NCBI GenBank assembly: GCA_965285935.1
Contig: OZ260664.1
Location: forward strand, 12,028,001 to 12,092,000
Direction: 5' to 3'
Origin: Ophelia neglecta
Taxonomy: Eukaryota
Length of the DNA stretch: 64,000 nt
The position numbers were made by a program, and so were the translations under genes. Numbering within the stretch: the first letter of the stretch is position 1; each line of letters begins with the position of its first letter. The notes beneath the pieces were generated by a model. It ran no database searches, had not been told where the DNA came from, and saw only the letters and a program-made list of their open reading frames with translations. Positions 39,741 to 53,291 of this stretch are shown piece by piece.

Positions 39741-40775
39741 GTGAGAGGAATTCATTATGAAGGTAGTTTTAGGGCGAATGAGTATGGACAGAATTGACTA
39801 TTGTAAAATGGTCTAGGTAAAGATAGTACGGATGAAGTGAGGGAGGTAGGGGGATTATGGACAGAGAGAGGAATTGACTGCGGAAAACGGGATAGGGAGG
39901 TTGAGTACGGACAGAGAGGGATGAATTGACTATGAATGTAGTTTTAGGTAGAATGAGTACGGACAGAGAGATGACTTGACTATTGAAAAGTCGGCTAGGT
40001 AAAGATAGTACGGATGAATAGGGGGAGTATGAACAGGGAGAGGACTTGACTGAAAAAATGGGCTATGTAAGAAGAGTTCGGATGACGAGAAGGAACGGCT
40101 ATGGAGACTAGCGCCAAGTAGGAAGAGTACGGACAGAGAGAGGATTTAACTACCGAAAACGGGATAGGTGGAGTGAGTACGGACAGAGAGAGGTATTGAC
40201 TTTGAATATGGTTCTAGGTAGGATGAGTACGGACAGAGAGAGGAATTGACTACAGTGAAAAGGGCTAGGTAAGGACAGCACGGATAGAGAGATTGACTAT
40301 GGAAAATAGGGTAAGATAGAGTTTGTAAGGACATAGAGAGGAATTAACTATAAAAATATTTCTAGGTAGACTGAGTACGGACAGGGAGAGGAATTGACTA
40401 TAAATATAGTTCTAGGTAGAATGAATACGGACATAGAGAGGAATTAACTGTAAATATATTTCTAGTAAGAATGAGTACGGACAGAGAGAGCAATTGACTA
40501 TAAATATATTTCTAGGTAGAATGAGTACGGACAGAGAGAGGAATTGACTATGATAACATAGGACTAGGCAGGGTGGATACGTACATAGGGCGGAATAAAG
40601 TATGGAAATAGTGTTCGGTAGAGTTCTTACGCTCAGAGAGTGGAATAAACAATAAATATAGTTCAAGATAGGATGATTACGGTAAGAGAGAGGGCTTGAC
40701 TTTGGTTAATAGGGTATGTTGGGTGAGTACGGACAGAGAAAGAGATTGACGAGGACAACTAGCGCTACGTAGGGA
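39741..40775 (+). repeat. Purine-rich 50-bp minisatellite, about 20 units
   Basis: Unit GAGTACGGACAGAGAGAGGAATTGACTATAAATATATTTCTAGGTAGAAT, with exact 50-bp spacing at 40373, 40423, 40473 and 40523. It degenerates toward both ends. Confidence 0.95.
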
Positions 40776-41949
40776 AATTGATCTTAGTAAACTTTCGCAA
40801 CATTGTCATATTCGCGAATTTCGAGATATCTAAGGAATTTGCGAGATAACGATGAAGGACAGGAATGGTCATAGATTGTAAAAATCCTATCTCAAAAACA
40901 AAATATCTACTACGAGTAGGCACTTTTATAAATTCAAGAAAAGGACAATGTGTCCGAGTCCATTTTATTATTACTTGCGATGAAAAATACAACTTCCATC
41001 ATTAAGTGGTCAATATGCTTTGGAGTCGCCGGTTCCGTGAACGTTCACATGTTAACAAAATCTTACCTGACTAAGCACGGACCGCAATGAGTTTAAACTT
41101 CTGTATATTTCAGTAAATCTAGCGGGAATTATTTGTCGAGAATATACTTTTGGATTATACTGTCGACTTCTCCTACGAAGTTCCTCAATTCCTGCTTTTT
41201 TCAAGAAGGATCCATTACGCAAACCTAACATCTCCGCTTTGATGATGGATAGAACTCGGGTCGCAGGCTCATCTTTGCACTCTGTGCTAAGATTCAATAC
41301 CACAAACAATGTGTTTTTTTCTATCGGTATCAGGCACCTCTTGCCCTTATTGATCAATATTTAACTCCGGAGGTAAACGTAGTGGTAAAAGATGTTTGCA
41401 TTTGTTACGTTAAGTGGGGTTACAACGTTAACATTTATCGACATGAAAAATTGATAAGCGGGACTTCAAAACATAAGACTGTTCAACATCAAACCATGTG
41501 CTGATGTAATAATTGGGCACAGGTGTTTATAACTCGTAGCACTTAAGCTGGTATGGTTCATACAAGTCATTTGCTGATCCACTTTGGTGCTATTAAACAT
41601 GCAAAGGGTACTTTGAGTGAGTATCTTTATTCGGCGCTGTGGCGTTGCGATATATGTTTTGGCTCTTATGCTTTGTGAGCACAGGGATCTGGCTGTGAAG
41701 CCGGATAAGATTTGGCTATTATATTATGTCTCTTGCACCGAATACAGGAAGCCTTTTTTTCATGCGCTAATGAAATTACAATCGGGACTTTTGGTGAAAA
41801 CAGGAGATAAGTGCAGTTTGTTGTAAGGCGATTGAAATGATCACATTCAGATAAGCAAATATAATTTATCACATTCTAGCATCCCTTAGTTATCTATTAT
41901 TTAGCTAATATATTATGAAACCCAACTCCGTCAACCACGAACTAAAATG

Positions 41950-41995
41950 AAGTATGGATACCTGCCAGAAGAAAGCAAAATCATAAATGGAGAAT
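41950..41995 (+). repeat. Family R terminus
   Basis: TGGATACCTGCCAGAAGAAAGCAAAATCAT. Confidence 0.6.
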
Positions 41996-44748
41996 TTTCC
42001 ATTATTTCATCATCAACTGGCACATATTACGACATGGGAAAACTTATTTAAGTACTGTTTTGGTGTATGTACTAGCAGAGCTAGCTAGGGTCATTTTAGC
42101 TATATATAAGCAACATTATGAACTGTTAGTTGATTAGAATAGAAAAAAAAGTTGAAAATAATCTATCAATTAAAGCAGAAATGCAAGATTATTAGACTTA
42201 AGTATTTTGATTAAAGTTACTTATCAAACGATTGTCGGACTACCCTTTTATCCAAATTTGAATATGGACTTGATCACTAGTGAAATGAAAGAACTATTGA
42301 CATAATGTGGATCTTCCACGCCAGCAGTTGAATCCGCATTCACGATATCATATTGTCATTGTAATATGCTCCAGTTTGTATTACGCCATTGTGAACGAAA
42401 GAAAAGTCGTTATGTCATTTGATCTGTATCGCCTGTACTGTGCGTTACCGACATCATTATGGTGCAGAGATGTTTTATAGACTATTTACACACCTCTGTT
42501 CGGTCATTATCATCGCTTTGGTCAGAGGTTTAGTCTTGTAGAACAGAAGATAATGGCACCTTTCCCCTAATTATCAGTTTAATTCGAACAGTTAAGGTAC
42601 TTTACATCGTACAGATTCCTAAACTATGCCTTCCAGGTACAAAGACATATACGGTCACCAACAGTAAACTGCACGGCCACTGTTCCTTTTCTTTGCATTC
42701 TGGCCTTTAACGCGGGGTTTTCTTCTAAACATCTAAATGTAGAGTGGAACATTTAATGTTTCGCTGAGAACAGAGACTGACGGAATGCTCAGAATCTCTG
42801 CAAAAGACCTGGCTGACGGTCATATATATTGATAAAAACTGCCTTCATGACAATGTCCGTAGCGTGCCGTACGGTCGTCGGAAACTGCAACGTGGTTATG
42901 TACTGTATAAATAAGATATACGTCGTGAATGGCCTCGACTTGTGGAACAAAAATATATATATATATGCTGTTTTATATTTCCTTTTCTCTTGAATATCTA
43001 GTAGTTGGTGCAGATGTGAAAAAATGGAAATTTCAACATTGAATTAAAAAAAAATTGCTTTTAGTTTAATCAATCCATTTGGTACCCGGAAAACCGGAAA
43101 AAGTTCTCAGTCAAAGGGGCCCAAGAAGGCAATGACACTGCTACATAAAACGTGTATATTAAATACCCAGCCGCGTCGGTGTCCCTGAAACAATTTATGG
43201 TTTGGCAGCATCAAGGGTGCTTACATGTAGGCCCCTACGGTAGAATCACACCAATTATGCATTTGACTTGCACCAGATGATTCAACTCATCTGTAGGGGT
43301 ATACAGTAAAGAAAGCCGATATGGGCCTCATTATGCATTCTACAATCTGACGCGACTTGCGGGAAATCTCAGGTTCAGGGCCATGCCGGGTTTCCATTAA
43401 TTTCCATATCTCGAGTGAGGAAACAAATTGATTATGTGCATGTGGTTGACCTCTGGCATATATAAAGTCAATAGATGTCTCTATAGGAGAAGCACTGTGA
43501 AACGGGCCGTGCACGTACACTATTATTGCCGATGTAGTATTTGTAGCTAACAATGCCCAATACATGCCCTGTCAGTCTACGTTTAGAAGTATTAAACTGC
43601 TCTTATACGGAAAGGAAGTATAAAAGGTCTTGATAAACAAAACCTAATTATAACCTGCATAAGAAACACGTCACCAAAAAAATAATGTCCATGAAGAATT
43701 TGAAAAAAACACATCACTGCATACAACGACCTGGTATGTCTGATAAAGAGATAAGTTCATATGCCCTATACTGGTAGTGCGGGGTCGTCGTTGTTAAGAA
43801 TATTTAAAATTTCCGGTTCAATAAAAGGAGGCTCTGTATGAGACCTGGGCTTGTTGACTTATCAATGCATATTGTTCTTTTCTGAAAGTTTAACCTACTT
43901 GATGGTTTATTATCAATTACTTGAGGTTTTTCAGATGCGATACTTTTTTCTTATATAATCGATGCTATAAGGTTTTTCTTAGTAATGAAGAAAGACAGTT
44001 TGCTTGTAACCTAATTTGATTGTAAGTAGAGAGTTTTATTGTTTCCATTTACCAAACTGTTGGTGTCGTCTGAGAATAAAACTCGTAATCCAATAGATAA
44101 TTCATTAACAATGCCATGTTCATGCAATCATTGAATAGGACAAAATGTTTACGTTAAAAATGTAATACCCCAACCAGTAATGAGTATCATCTCTTCATCT
44201 CTCTCTAAACATATGTCTTGATAATATATTTCAGTCCATGCATCATACAAACATGAATATAGTTCAATGCCATTTATTTATTAAGGGTGCGACACCTAAA
44301 GACTAATTATTATTTTAGAAAAGATATGAGGCAGCACTTGAAATAAATATAACTTTCAGGCCTGACTAGTTAAGAGTGTCTAAAGCTGATTGGTACCCAC
44401 GACCTGCTCATTTCCGTATCCATTGAAAGCACTGGAGATCTTGTCCATAACTAGAGATGAAAATGACAGTTGCTGACAATGCAGGTTTCCTGTTTTTCTT
44501 GTGGTTGGCAAAGGACTCGGGAATTTCTAAGCAAGTCTCGTCTTTAAGCACCGATGGAAATATTCACATTGCTTCAATAGTCACTTTCATTAACTGACCA
44601 TGGATCGAAATCGTCGTTGATGGTTTAATGTAATATTGCTGTACACCTGAGGCACAACACCGGGTTATGAAGCGTTTCATCAGATATGTCGTTCAGTGAA
44701 TAAATAGGTCAAAATAACGACGTGGGAGGGCCGGGAATGACGGTTTAC

Positions 44749-45010
44749 ACAGTTTTGGATATTTAAACCCTATGAAAACTTCTCCAGTAGTTTTTCCGAA
44801 CTATAGGGTAAGGACTGTACAATAAGTAGAGAATCCCACTACTCTGTACCCCAAATAAGTCCATCAAATGAAAATAGTGATTTAAAATAACTGTCACTTA
44901 TACTATCTGCTGTTCCTTTATTCTTATTCGGAAAGTTTTATTGAGAATTTGGCTGAAAGATACCTGCCTGGCTTAGATTAAACGTTAATATCCTCATTTT
45001 TAAATAATGT
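44749..45010 (+). repeat. Direct repeat, copy A (~260 bp)
   Basis: ACAGTTTTGGATATTTAAACCC ... TTTAAATAATGT; highly similar to 45129-45397, with reciprocal ~20-bp indels. Confidence 0.9.
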
Positions 45011-45128
45011 ACCAATGACATGATTTTGCAGGGCGTTATGCTATAGCAGTGGCCCGACATAAATTATTAGCAGCCCGCCATAGTCATAGCGCCCGAGGCA
45101 TAGCCGAGAATCATGGGATTTTATGGGA

Positions 45129-45397
45129 ACAGTTTTGGATATTTAAACCCCCCCGGAAACTGCTCCAGTAGTTTTTTCCGAAATATAGGGTAAGAACTTT
45201 ACTATAAGTAGAGATTGCCTTAGCTGATTTTTTACACTACTCTTTACCCCAAATCAGTTAATCAAATGAAAATAGTGATTTAAAATAACTGACATTTATA
45301 CTATCTGCTGTTCCTTTATTCTTTTTCTGGCTGAAAGATACCTGCCTGGGTTAAATTAAACGTAAATATCCGCTGTAGGGTCATCTTTAAATAATGT
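45129..45397 (+). repeat. Direct repeat, copy B (~270 bp)
   Basis: Shares long exact stretches with copy A, e.g. ATCAAATGAAAATAGTGATTTAAAATAACTG and TATACTATCTGCTGTTCCTTTATTCTT. Confidence 0.9.
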
Positions 45398-47057
45398 GCA
45401 TTATTTCGGTTAGACGGCTATTGGGAATTAAGTGCCTTTTTATAGCCCAACTTTTTTTGACTATTGCTATTGATAAAGTGAATAGACTGATCGATCACAA
45501 AATAAGAATGAAAATGTGATTAGGGGGATAAAAGTGACCTGGGATTCCATAAATAACTTCACATGGAAGGAAATTCCCATTTCAGGTCATCATGTGATAT
45601 TTTTGGCTGCAACTAGCTATTTGTCATCCCAGTTCTGTAAACGTAATAACATTGAGTCCAAAACCCATTCATCACACACCGCAGCTGACATGTGGAGGTA
45701 ACTTGACCTTCCGACCAGCAGTCGGATTCATCATGGGTGATAATGATGCCTTTAAAGCTTTAAGGCATATTTGAATGTTCAATGCCTCTAACTTTGACTT
45801 GAACTGTGCGTGCGAAGTCTTGGTATTGTACCACAGTACATACTTGACTACATTCGTTTCTATGTCCTGGTCCCTATATAGACTTTCTTGGCGTCTTAAC
45901 CTTAGTTTGAACTCGGATATTTCATAACCAGGAGCCAACATTGGTTTCTGCACGCATCCCAAACTAAAGCGTTAAGTGCGGGCAACACCCCAAGGGATCA
46001 TTAAATGAGGTTCTACATCTATTTGATTAAATCTCCTGGCTTTGATGCATGCTTGGGTGCACGGTACATGTGGAGTAGAAGTAATAGAAAGTTAACACAC
46101 GATGACCTCCATGTGCCTCATATCTTCTACATCAATTTCGGATATCCCCTGATATCAAACCCCTTTATATTGAACGCGTGTATCCTGTAGGCCAGGGCAT
46201 TGACTAGATATTGGTTGTGCTTCTAAATCTTTTCAGACCTAGTTAAAACTTCAGTGAATGACTTTACGCTCATTTGTATAATAACATTTGACAGATATTT
46301 CACACTGGTTTTAGAGGTCAAACATTTACATTAACAACATATCTTTTATCTTTTGACGTTACGAATGCAAAATATAACGATGCCATTAAACTAATCGGCA
46401 ATACCCTAAAACAGGAAAATATGCCCTTTTTTAGACTCAACAATAAGGTTAATAAAATTAGAACTGCTGATAGGGAGCCCGCTATAGGATCATTGAAATT
46501 CCGAACGAAAACCATTGCAAAGGTGAAACTGCTTAAAAATTTGAAAATAGTTTCGATGAAGCAGAGAATAAGTGCCCTGGTTATTGGGGGATTTAGGTTC
46601 GTGAAAGAATTTCAAGTGCTAGAACAATTAAGTATACTTTGGTAATCAATAAATTGAACCCACTTTTAAGATACCTATTCAAACATATTAAGAGACACGG
46701 ACCATGATTGGCCGATATGTAGTCAGATGGCATGCACTCTGCCAGTCTATAATTGGGATACTGTTTTCGGGGATCATGATCCCAGGGTACAGTATAACCT
46801 ACTTGGGAAATATTCCGAGTTACTATAGTGCACTGAAAATATTTCTATATTAACGGGACAGCCGGCATAACCTGTTCTTCGGGACACGAAGCAAAGTTTT
46901 AAGTAAAGGGCGTTTAGTGGTGTATTGGAACAGGGATGTAAGTAGTTATTTATTGTGTTTCTTGGACCTTATGTCTTATTGCACCATGTATAAGTTGGCA
47001 TTCATTGAATACCTATGAGCCAAGGCAATTCGTGGTTAGGAGTTCATTTAGCGGGTG

Positions 47058-47565
47058 TTGCACTTCTTTTGTGTTCAGACATCAGCCCATCGATATCAAT
47101 GTGATCATTTATATGGTTGTCATATGTCGACATGGTGTTCTTTTGTTAAAACAACGGTCGATTTTCAATTTGGAAAAGGGGAACTTTTGAACCTAAGAAT
47201 ACATTTACAGATACATAGATTTCCCATCTGGTTGATGTACTGATGGATAATCAATATTCGCACTTAAAGAGAGAAAAGGGATAATTGGTTTAACATGATG
47301 TATTACGACACATGTAAACACCCGATTCAACCCGATGATTGAAAACCCTTTGCTTTTACAGATGTAGTGACATTTGGTTTCCTCCGGGTCAGAATCGGAC
47401 ATCATCGGTGCAATGCAAAAGAGTACAATGACAAATCGTTTTATTTCCGTTCTTCTTGTTTCTGACACTCATTTATCGTCTGCTGCGTTTAATGTTATAG
47501 AAGGGTTTGAACTATATAAGCCCTTGTCCATTAGCGTAGATTCTTGGTCACGAGAAGTCAAGACG
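47058..47565 (-). repeat. Dispersed diverged block B, copy 2 (contains ORF 47205-47468)
   Basis: Same anchors and orientation as 11885-12415. Confidence 0.8.
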
Positions 47566-48442
47566 AAAAATGACCACTGCCTTGTAACACGCGGTATTGC
47601 TGTCGTTCTTCCCACCCGTATTAACCGCCAACAATAGGTCACAATTACTCAAAACCTCATGTTAATACTTCCAGCTTCAGTGGTCCGCTATTCTGGCCGT
47701 GTGCAGTTCATGCGCTGACACGATCACTGGAAAAGATCAGGGTGGATACGAATATATAACTAAAATGAGGCACGCCGAAAGACAAAACAGTTATCTTTTT
47801 CCAGAAATGCTTAATAAATTACATCTTTTTCAATACCTTGTAAGATTAAGGATAACCTACTTATGAAGATAATTTAATACACTAAATATATTAGACCGGT
47901 TGAAAAATACGGCAAACAAAAGAACCATTGATCGAGAAGAGTGCATCCAGCGGTCCAAAGTCATCAGGAGCCTCCAGACACAGGACCATGTACAACACCC
48001 AGCTCCCTAACAGTAAAAACATGTAAAGCAAATAAAAGAAAGGCAAACATAAAGTTGATATGGGAAGTTTTAAACAGTTTTCCATGGTGCCAGTCAGAGC
48101 ACAGAGAAAAGAGAAAAAATGTGCAGCAGGAGAGTCACGCTTTTATGGTGCTAGAACCCGTGCATCTGCATAAAAAAGGAATTATATAAGTATGATGCCA
48201 AGGCACATGGTTCCTAGCCTTAAGATGAGCTGAGATTTGTTGTTGATCTGACACTATATTTGTCCAGAAAGCTGGGTTCTCCTTACAGGCACATTACGAT
48301 GAAGTTACATTCCTTTCCCGGGGAGGCAAATTCGCAAACATTACTCAACCTAACGGTGAACCAATGCGTTTGTTTTAGTGCTAGTGAATGTTAATTGTTA
48401 GCTGGCCAAATGAATGACGTACCATCCTCTATTGAAGTTTTT

Positions 48443-48541
48443 GAGCCTGCAGCTGGTAGTTCCTGATGACAAATACCAATTTAATTGACATTTTATTTTA
48501 TTAATTTTTGCATTTGACCGCTGGATATACACTTCCGTTTT
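48443..48541 (-). repeat. Family R terminal fragment
   Basis: GCCTGCAGCTGGTAGTTCCTGATGA...CCAATTTAATTGAC...GCTGGATATACACTTCCGTTT. Confidence 0.7.
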
Positions 48542-51500
48542 TTTAGATTGACTGTTATTTGATTATGTTTGTTCTACTAATTCACTTATTCAGACCGTTA
48601 GTTGACTAAAAACCAACGACAACCAAGCTAATACTGATCTAATGCCATACCACGTATTGAAGCAATTGTCGTAGACAAATAGTGGTGTCATGAATGTATG
48701 GCAGCATTCTTAGTGTGATTCTTTAAATACATCTTTTGCAATAGTGTCCTGTTCACCTTGAATATGGTTTTACAATCCTACATCAACTTTGTGAAAGTGG
48801 AAAGCGGCCAACCCCGAGACCCCTATTTAACGATCACAATGGACGCAGGCGATTATTCGTCTGCTGCGATGCACATAATGTTTCCCATAACTATTAATTT
48901 CTTGCCAACTAGAAAAGAAGTAATGAAATTTTGTCAGTAAGGCCAAAAAAACTGTGCTTGACATACTAAACCGAGTTAACAATTCCCTAGAGGTCAACTA
49001 AGTGTCAATATAATTAATGAAGTGCCAAACTCATCTTCCCCTCCACTCGAATAGTCTACCATGTTGCATTTTCATAGACTTGTGAAGATCCGCGAATATT
49101 GAATTAGTGGTAAACATTCACCCGTTTGTCCTTGTTGCCTCCGTCTCATCCTGTAATTGATCAATGGAAAATGGGGGAAAGGAAATCATGTTCCTCAATT
49201 CGATTTCTATTATTAAATAGCTTGATTAATTGATATTGCATGTCAATACAAAACTCTATTATCAATAGTTTAAGAGTTCCACGGTAGAGCATTCGAAGTT
49301 GCCACTATATAGCATTTGATTATACATGTAGCTCCTGCAGAGTAAAGCCGGCAAAATGGCCACATTATATCATGGCAATTCATAATGAATTCGACCCTGT
49401 GACATATTTTTCAGTTCTCAAACAATTCGCTCCGGACAACTTTACAGTCACAGAAGTATTTCAGTGTCGGAGACACGAATGAATCATCTGTTGTTCATCT
49501 CCAACTTTTGTATCGAAGATTAATCAATATAGTGTTTTCCTATTGTTTAAATAGGGCCGGTTATTATTCGGGCCTTGTTAACGTAGTCGTGATGTTCGCA
49601 CAGAACAATAATTATCCTGACCATCCCTAACAGCCATTGCCACAACGGAGACAGCTGAAAACGACAAGCAAAGTACCTTTGATGAAGAGTGGAGTGAAGA
49701 CAAAACAAGCCTTAGTCGTTTGTCCTTGGGCAAGGACATGGACGCCACCTAGGCACTATTCGACCTTTAAGACTCCTGCACCAGACAACGCCAATGGCAC
49801 ATAATAAAGTTGGTATTTCTAGATCGTTGGCCTAGCAAGAGCGCAGATTTCCGGGACATTGTCTGTAATTATCTTAGCTGTAAGAATGAGCACCCGATGT
49901 CGGGTTTTGTACAAGCGGTATTAACTCTTAACTCGATTAAAGTCAGAATGAAACTGCTAAATCTGTCTTGACTTAATAATTGGGGTTTCTGTAAGCTGGA
50001 TTCGGTCTTAAATCTGGTCATTTTGGTCTTAAAATTTATCTGTCCAATGGAAACATTGATTCACGCAGTCTCATCTAATAACCTAATATGATCACTAAAC
50101 CTACGACCTCTTCGAAAAACCGGGCCCTGCAGACTATCTATGCCAAACCTTAGTTTGGAACGTATCCTGGGTCATGCTCTGGCGTGTTCATTTGGTCCGT
50201 TTCATGAGTTTTACTTTAGAAGAATGTGTATTGAGAATATATATAGAGACGTCGCAAATATAGTGTAAAGATCCGCTAAAATAGAAACCCTGAACATATA
50301 TAGACTGGCATCTTACGATGAACTTTGATGACACAGTCCGGTCCTACCCAGGGCCGTCCACCATTCCAAATGATTTAATTTGTTTTAAAGATGTAGCAGG
50401 ACTATTATGACTTTAATGTTAAATTAGACTAAACTTGGTATGCTTATATTCTAATGATAACCCACATACATCATTTGACTCCCTTATGTATTAGAGCTGC
50501 ATTGAACAAAATGCGGCCAATCAAACGACATGCTTTCAGTTAAATACGTCATCTTCTACGAGTGCTTGGAATATTACTTGAGTACTTGGAATATCAAAGC
50601 CAATATTAATAAATAATGCAGTATAGTAAAGTATGAAAAATGATCCCATCGACCCCTATCGCCTTGTATCTGCGGTTCATTAGTAGTATCACTGCTTTAG
50701 GTAGAAGCTTCACGTGTTGTTAGAGTTACTTGTTATGCACATATGTTTAGCCCTGAGGCAAAGTGAGAAAGCAACTCGTGTATGTGGTTATTAACTATCA
50801 AAATCAATATACCTTTGCAACCATATACAAGTAAGCAGCTAATGAACGAACAAAATGTAACGGTTGCTATGTCCTTCTCATTAGCCACTTCTGGTTACTT
50901 ATTCAAATTTATTTAAATTTAACGCATGGCCTCAGGACTAGTAAAAGGCTAGCAGAATGCAACTAGCCTTATGCAAAATCTTATGTTATCAGTAAATATA
51001 TTTCTGGAGTGTTAACCTCCAAGTAAATATGCCATAGTTTTAACATGTTCGCAGTAAAAGCCGCCATGGATTTGGGTAATACCAGAAAGGGACCATAGTT
51101 TGCCTTAGGCTAATCACCTGACATATGTTATAATGTAATGTATCCTGATGGAGTCCTTAGTTCATAATACCTTGTTTCTTCCCGTCAATAAGGAGGAGAG
51201 GAAGAAGAGAGACTATAATTATGTATAAAATTTGGTCTGTCCTATATTGAGGGCCTTTTGGGTATTTGTGTCGATGTATTTTCCTCCAGCTTATGATCCC
51301 ATCTGCTTTAAATACTGACAATTGCAGTTTATTTTTATTCTGGTAGGTCATAATTCACTGTGGTTCCGTAATGGCAAGTATCTTTCGCCAAATGTTGCAC
51401 CCAGTGGGTTAGTTAGTTATCCAGAGGCAAGTTCATTTAGTAATGTAATTGTTAACGAGATTAATTTCTTGTATCTTTAAAAACATAATGCGGTTTCACT

Positions 51501-53248
51501 ATTCGTCATTCCCTTTTCAACCTCAGATCGCCCCATCCATCCTTCAAAACAATGCACCTGCTTCACTGAAACTCCACCGCCCCCCACCCCCACCCGCCCA
51601 ATCGCCCATCCCCTTTCCCTCTGGCTCTCGTTGTAGTGCATATATGCCGATGTGGAAACAAAGTTATTCGTGACCGTGTCACGGTAATATTTCACTCCTA
51701 TCCCGTTGCTACCTCATGCGAGTGTTATAGAGCCTTTTGTAAGCGCAAATATGCAGTGGTGACATATGACAGGTGACTATCCTATCACCGGGAAAGACCC
51801 GAAAGCACCAATTCCTCAGACAAGGTATTAATGTTAAAATCCTATTACTGTAAGAATACAAATATGGCGAGCGTACATATCATGTCTGGTCCGGGATTTA
51901 ACATACGACTGCGTTGGAAATAAGATTGAATCTCCGGCTGTTGGAAAAAAACCTATTTTTTATATATATAATGCTCTACCAGCGGAAGGTATGAGCATGT
52001 TAAACCGGCAGACAAACCCAACCATGAGGTCGAGAACGGTTAATTACTGTTCACCATTAAACAAATATGAGCAACTTTCACCGCTCCCTGACCAACCAGA
52101 TCAATACCTCCAAATACAAATACATAAAACAATAACGAAGGGACCATTTATTTCGCAAAATCACAAATCTAAAAACCGGGACGATACACGGGAGACTAAG
52201 CAAATTATTTAATCGAGATTGCCCATTAAATAGAAGCGAAATCATCAAGAACAGTCCCGTGCAGGCCAATAAACACAAACTTCAGCCAACAGCCCTTTCC
52301 ACCCCCACCCATGCGTTTCTTCCACACAGTGCTCATCACCAGTGTCAAGTTAGCAACATTACTTTAGATAAGTGGTTCTCCAAACGGCCGGAGTGTTATG
52401 AAACCTTTTTCTGGACTCCATTGGATATTTGTTAATTGACTCTAAAGACCCTCCGAACCTTTTCAGTTACGTCTTTTGGTTACGTCTTTATTATACACCG
52501 ACTTTCGGTTTTCACACCTTTTCAGTTGTCTGCTCCAGACCCCTCACATTTTTTGTAAAAAAAAATCTATTGTATTTTTATAGCGGTTCGTAATATAGTT
52601 CTCACTGATTGCGTTTCCCTTTTATGGACCTTATTATAAATATGACACTGGTACATTAATGTTATTCATGAAAATCGTCGATATTTGGATAGGCTTGATG
52701 TGTTGACCTCAGACTAATATTCTCTAGAATGGCAGTTTATCCATCGCCTGTATATCAAGAGACCTAGAGAGAGAATTGCTGTCTTTCTGGCAAATGTGAA
52801 AAGCTATGGCAGAAAATAGAACGTTTTTAGCTGTAATCATTTGGTCTTTTGGTGGAACAGAGAACGGTGTGTGTTGACTGTCTAAATATAGAGTGCTGCC
52901 ACCTGCCCTGACTGTGTCATGCCCGTGGGTGAAATGTTGCTCATTACGACAGCTGATCTCCCCTTTTGTAGTACCTGCTTTAACTAGTTATGGTGCCACA
53001 CAGCCAAATGTAGCCTAAAGACTAGCAAGACTAGAGAGGTCTACAAACCTGACTGCATTCCCCCATACTGATTTGAATCAGGACATCATCTTTTTCCTGT
53101 TAAGTAACGGTCATTTCTGCTCAGGCAGTCTGTAAGCACACACACGCCGTTGGCAAAAGGCTTGTACATTATATAAAGATCACTAAACTAATGTTTTCAC
53201 CCAACGCCCAATCGTTTACGCATAGTATTTAAAGAAGAAAAATACGAG

Positions 53249-53291
53249 ATTCGATACCCGGCAGAGAAAGGAACTTCTTTAAGCAAGAATG
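53249..53291 (+). repeat. Family R terminus
   Basis: GATACCCGGCAGAGAAAGGAA...CAAGAAT. Confidence 0.55.

Noticed and set aside
39741-40775. CRISPR array
   Set aside because: The putative spacers are homologous to each other (shared TAGGTA) and recur in order. The repeats are degenerate and non-palindromic, there are no cas genes, and the context is eukaryotic.
41052-41357. Minus-strand ORF containing a strong donor-like CAG|GTAAGA near its end
   Set aside because: No convincing acceptor or ATG context, no recognisable protein and no partner exons.
47148-47192. EAL-domain-like peptide VQKFPFSKLKIDRCF on the minus strand
   Set aside because: Only ~15 aa, preceded by in-frame stops, with no DDFGTG motif upstream, and the paralogous copy has a stop in it. 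Likely coincidence.
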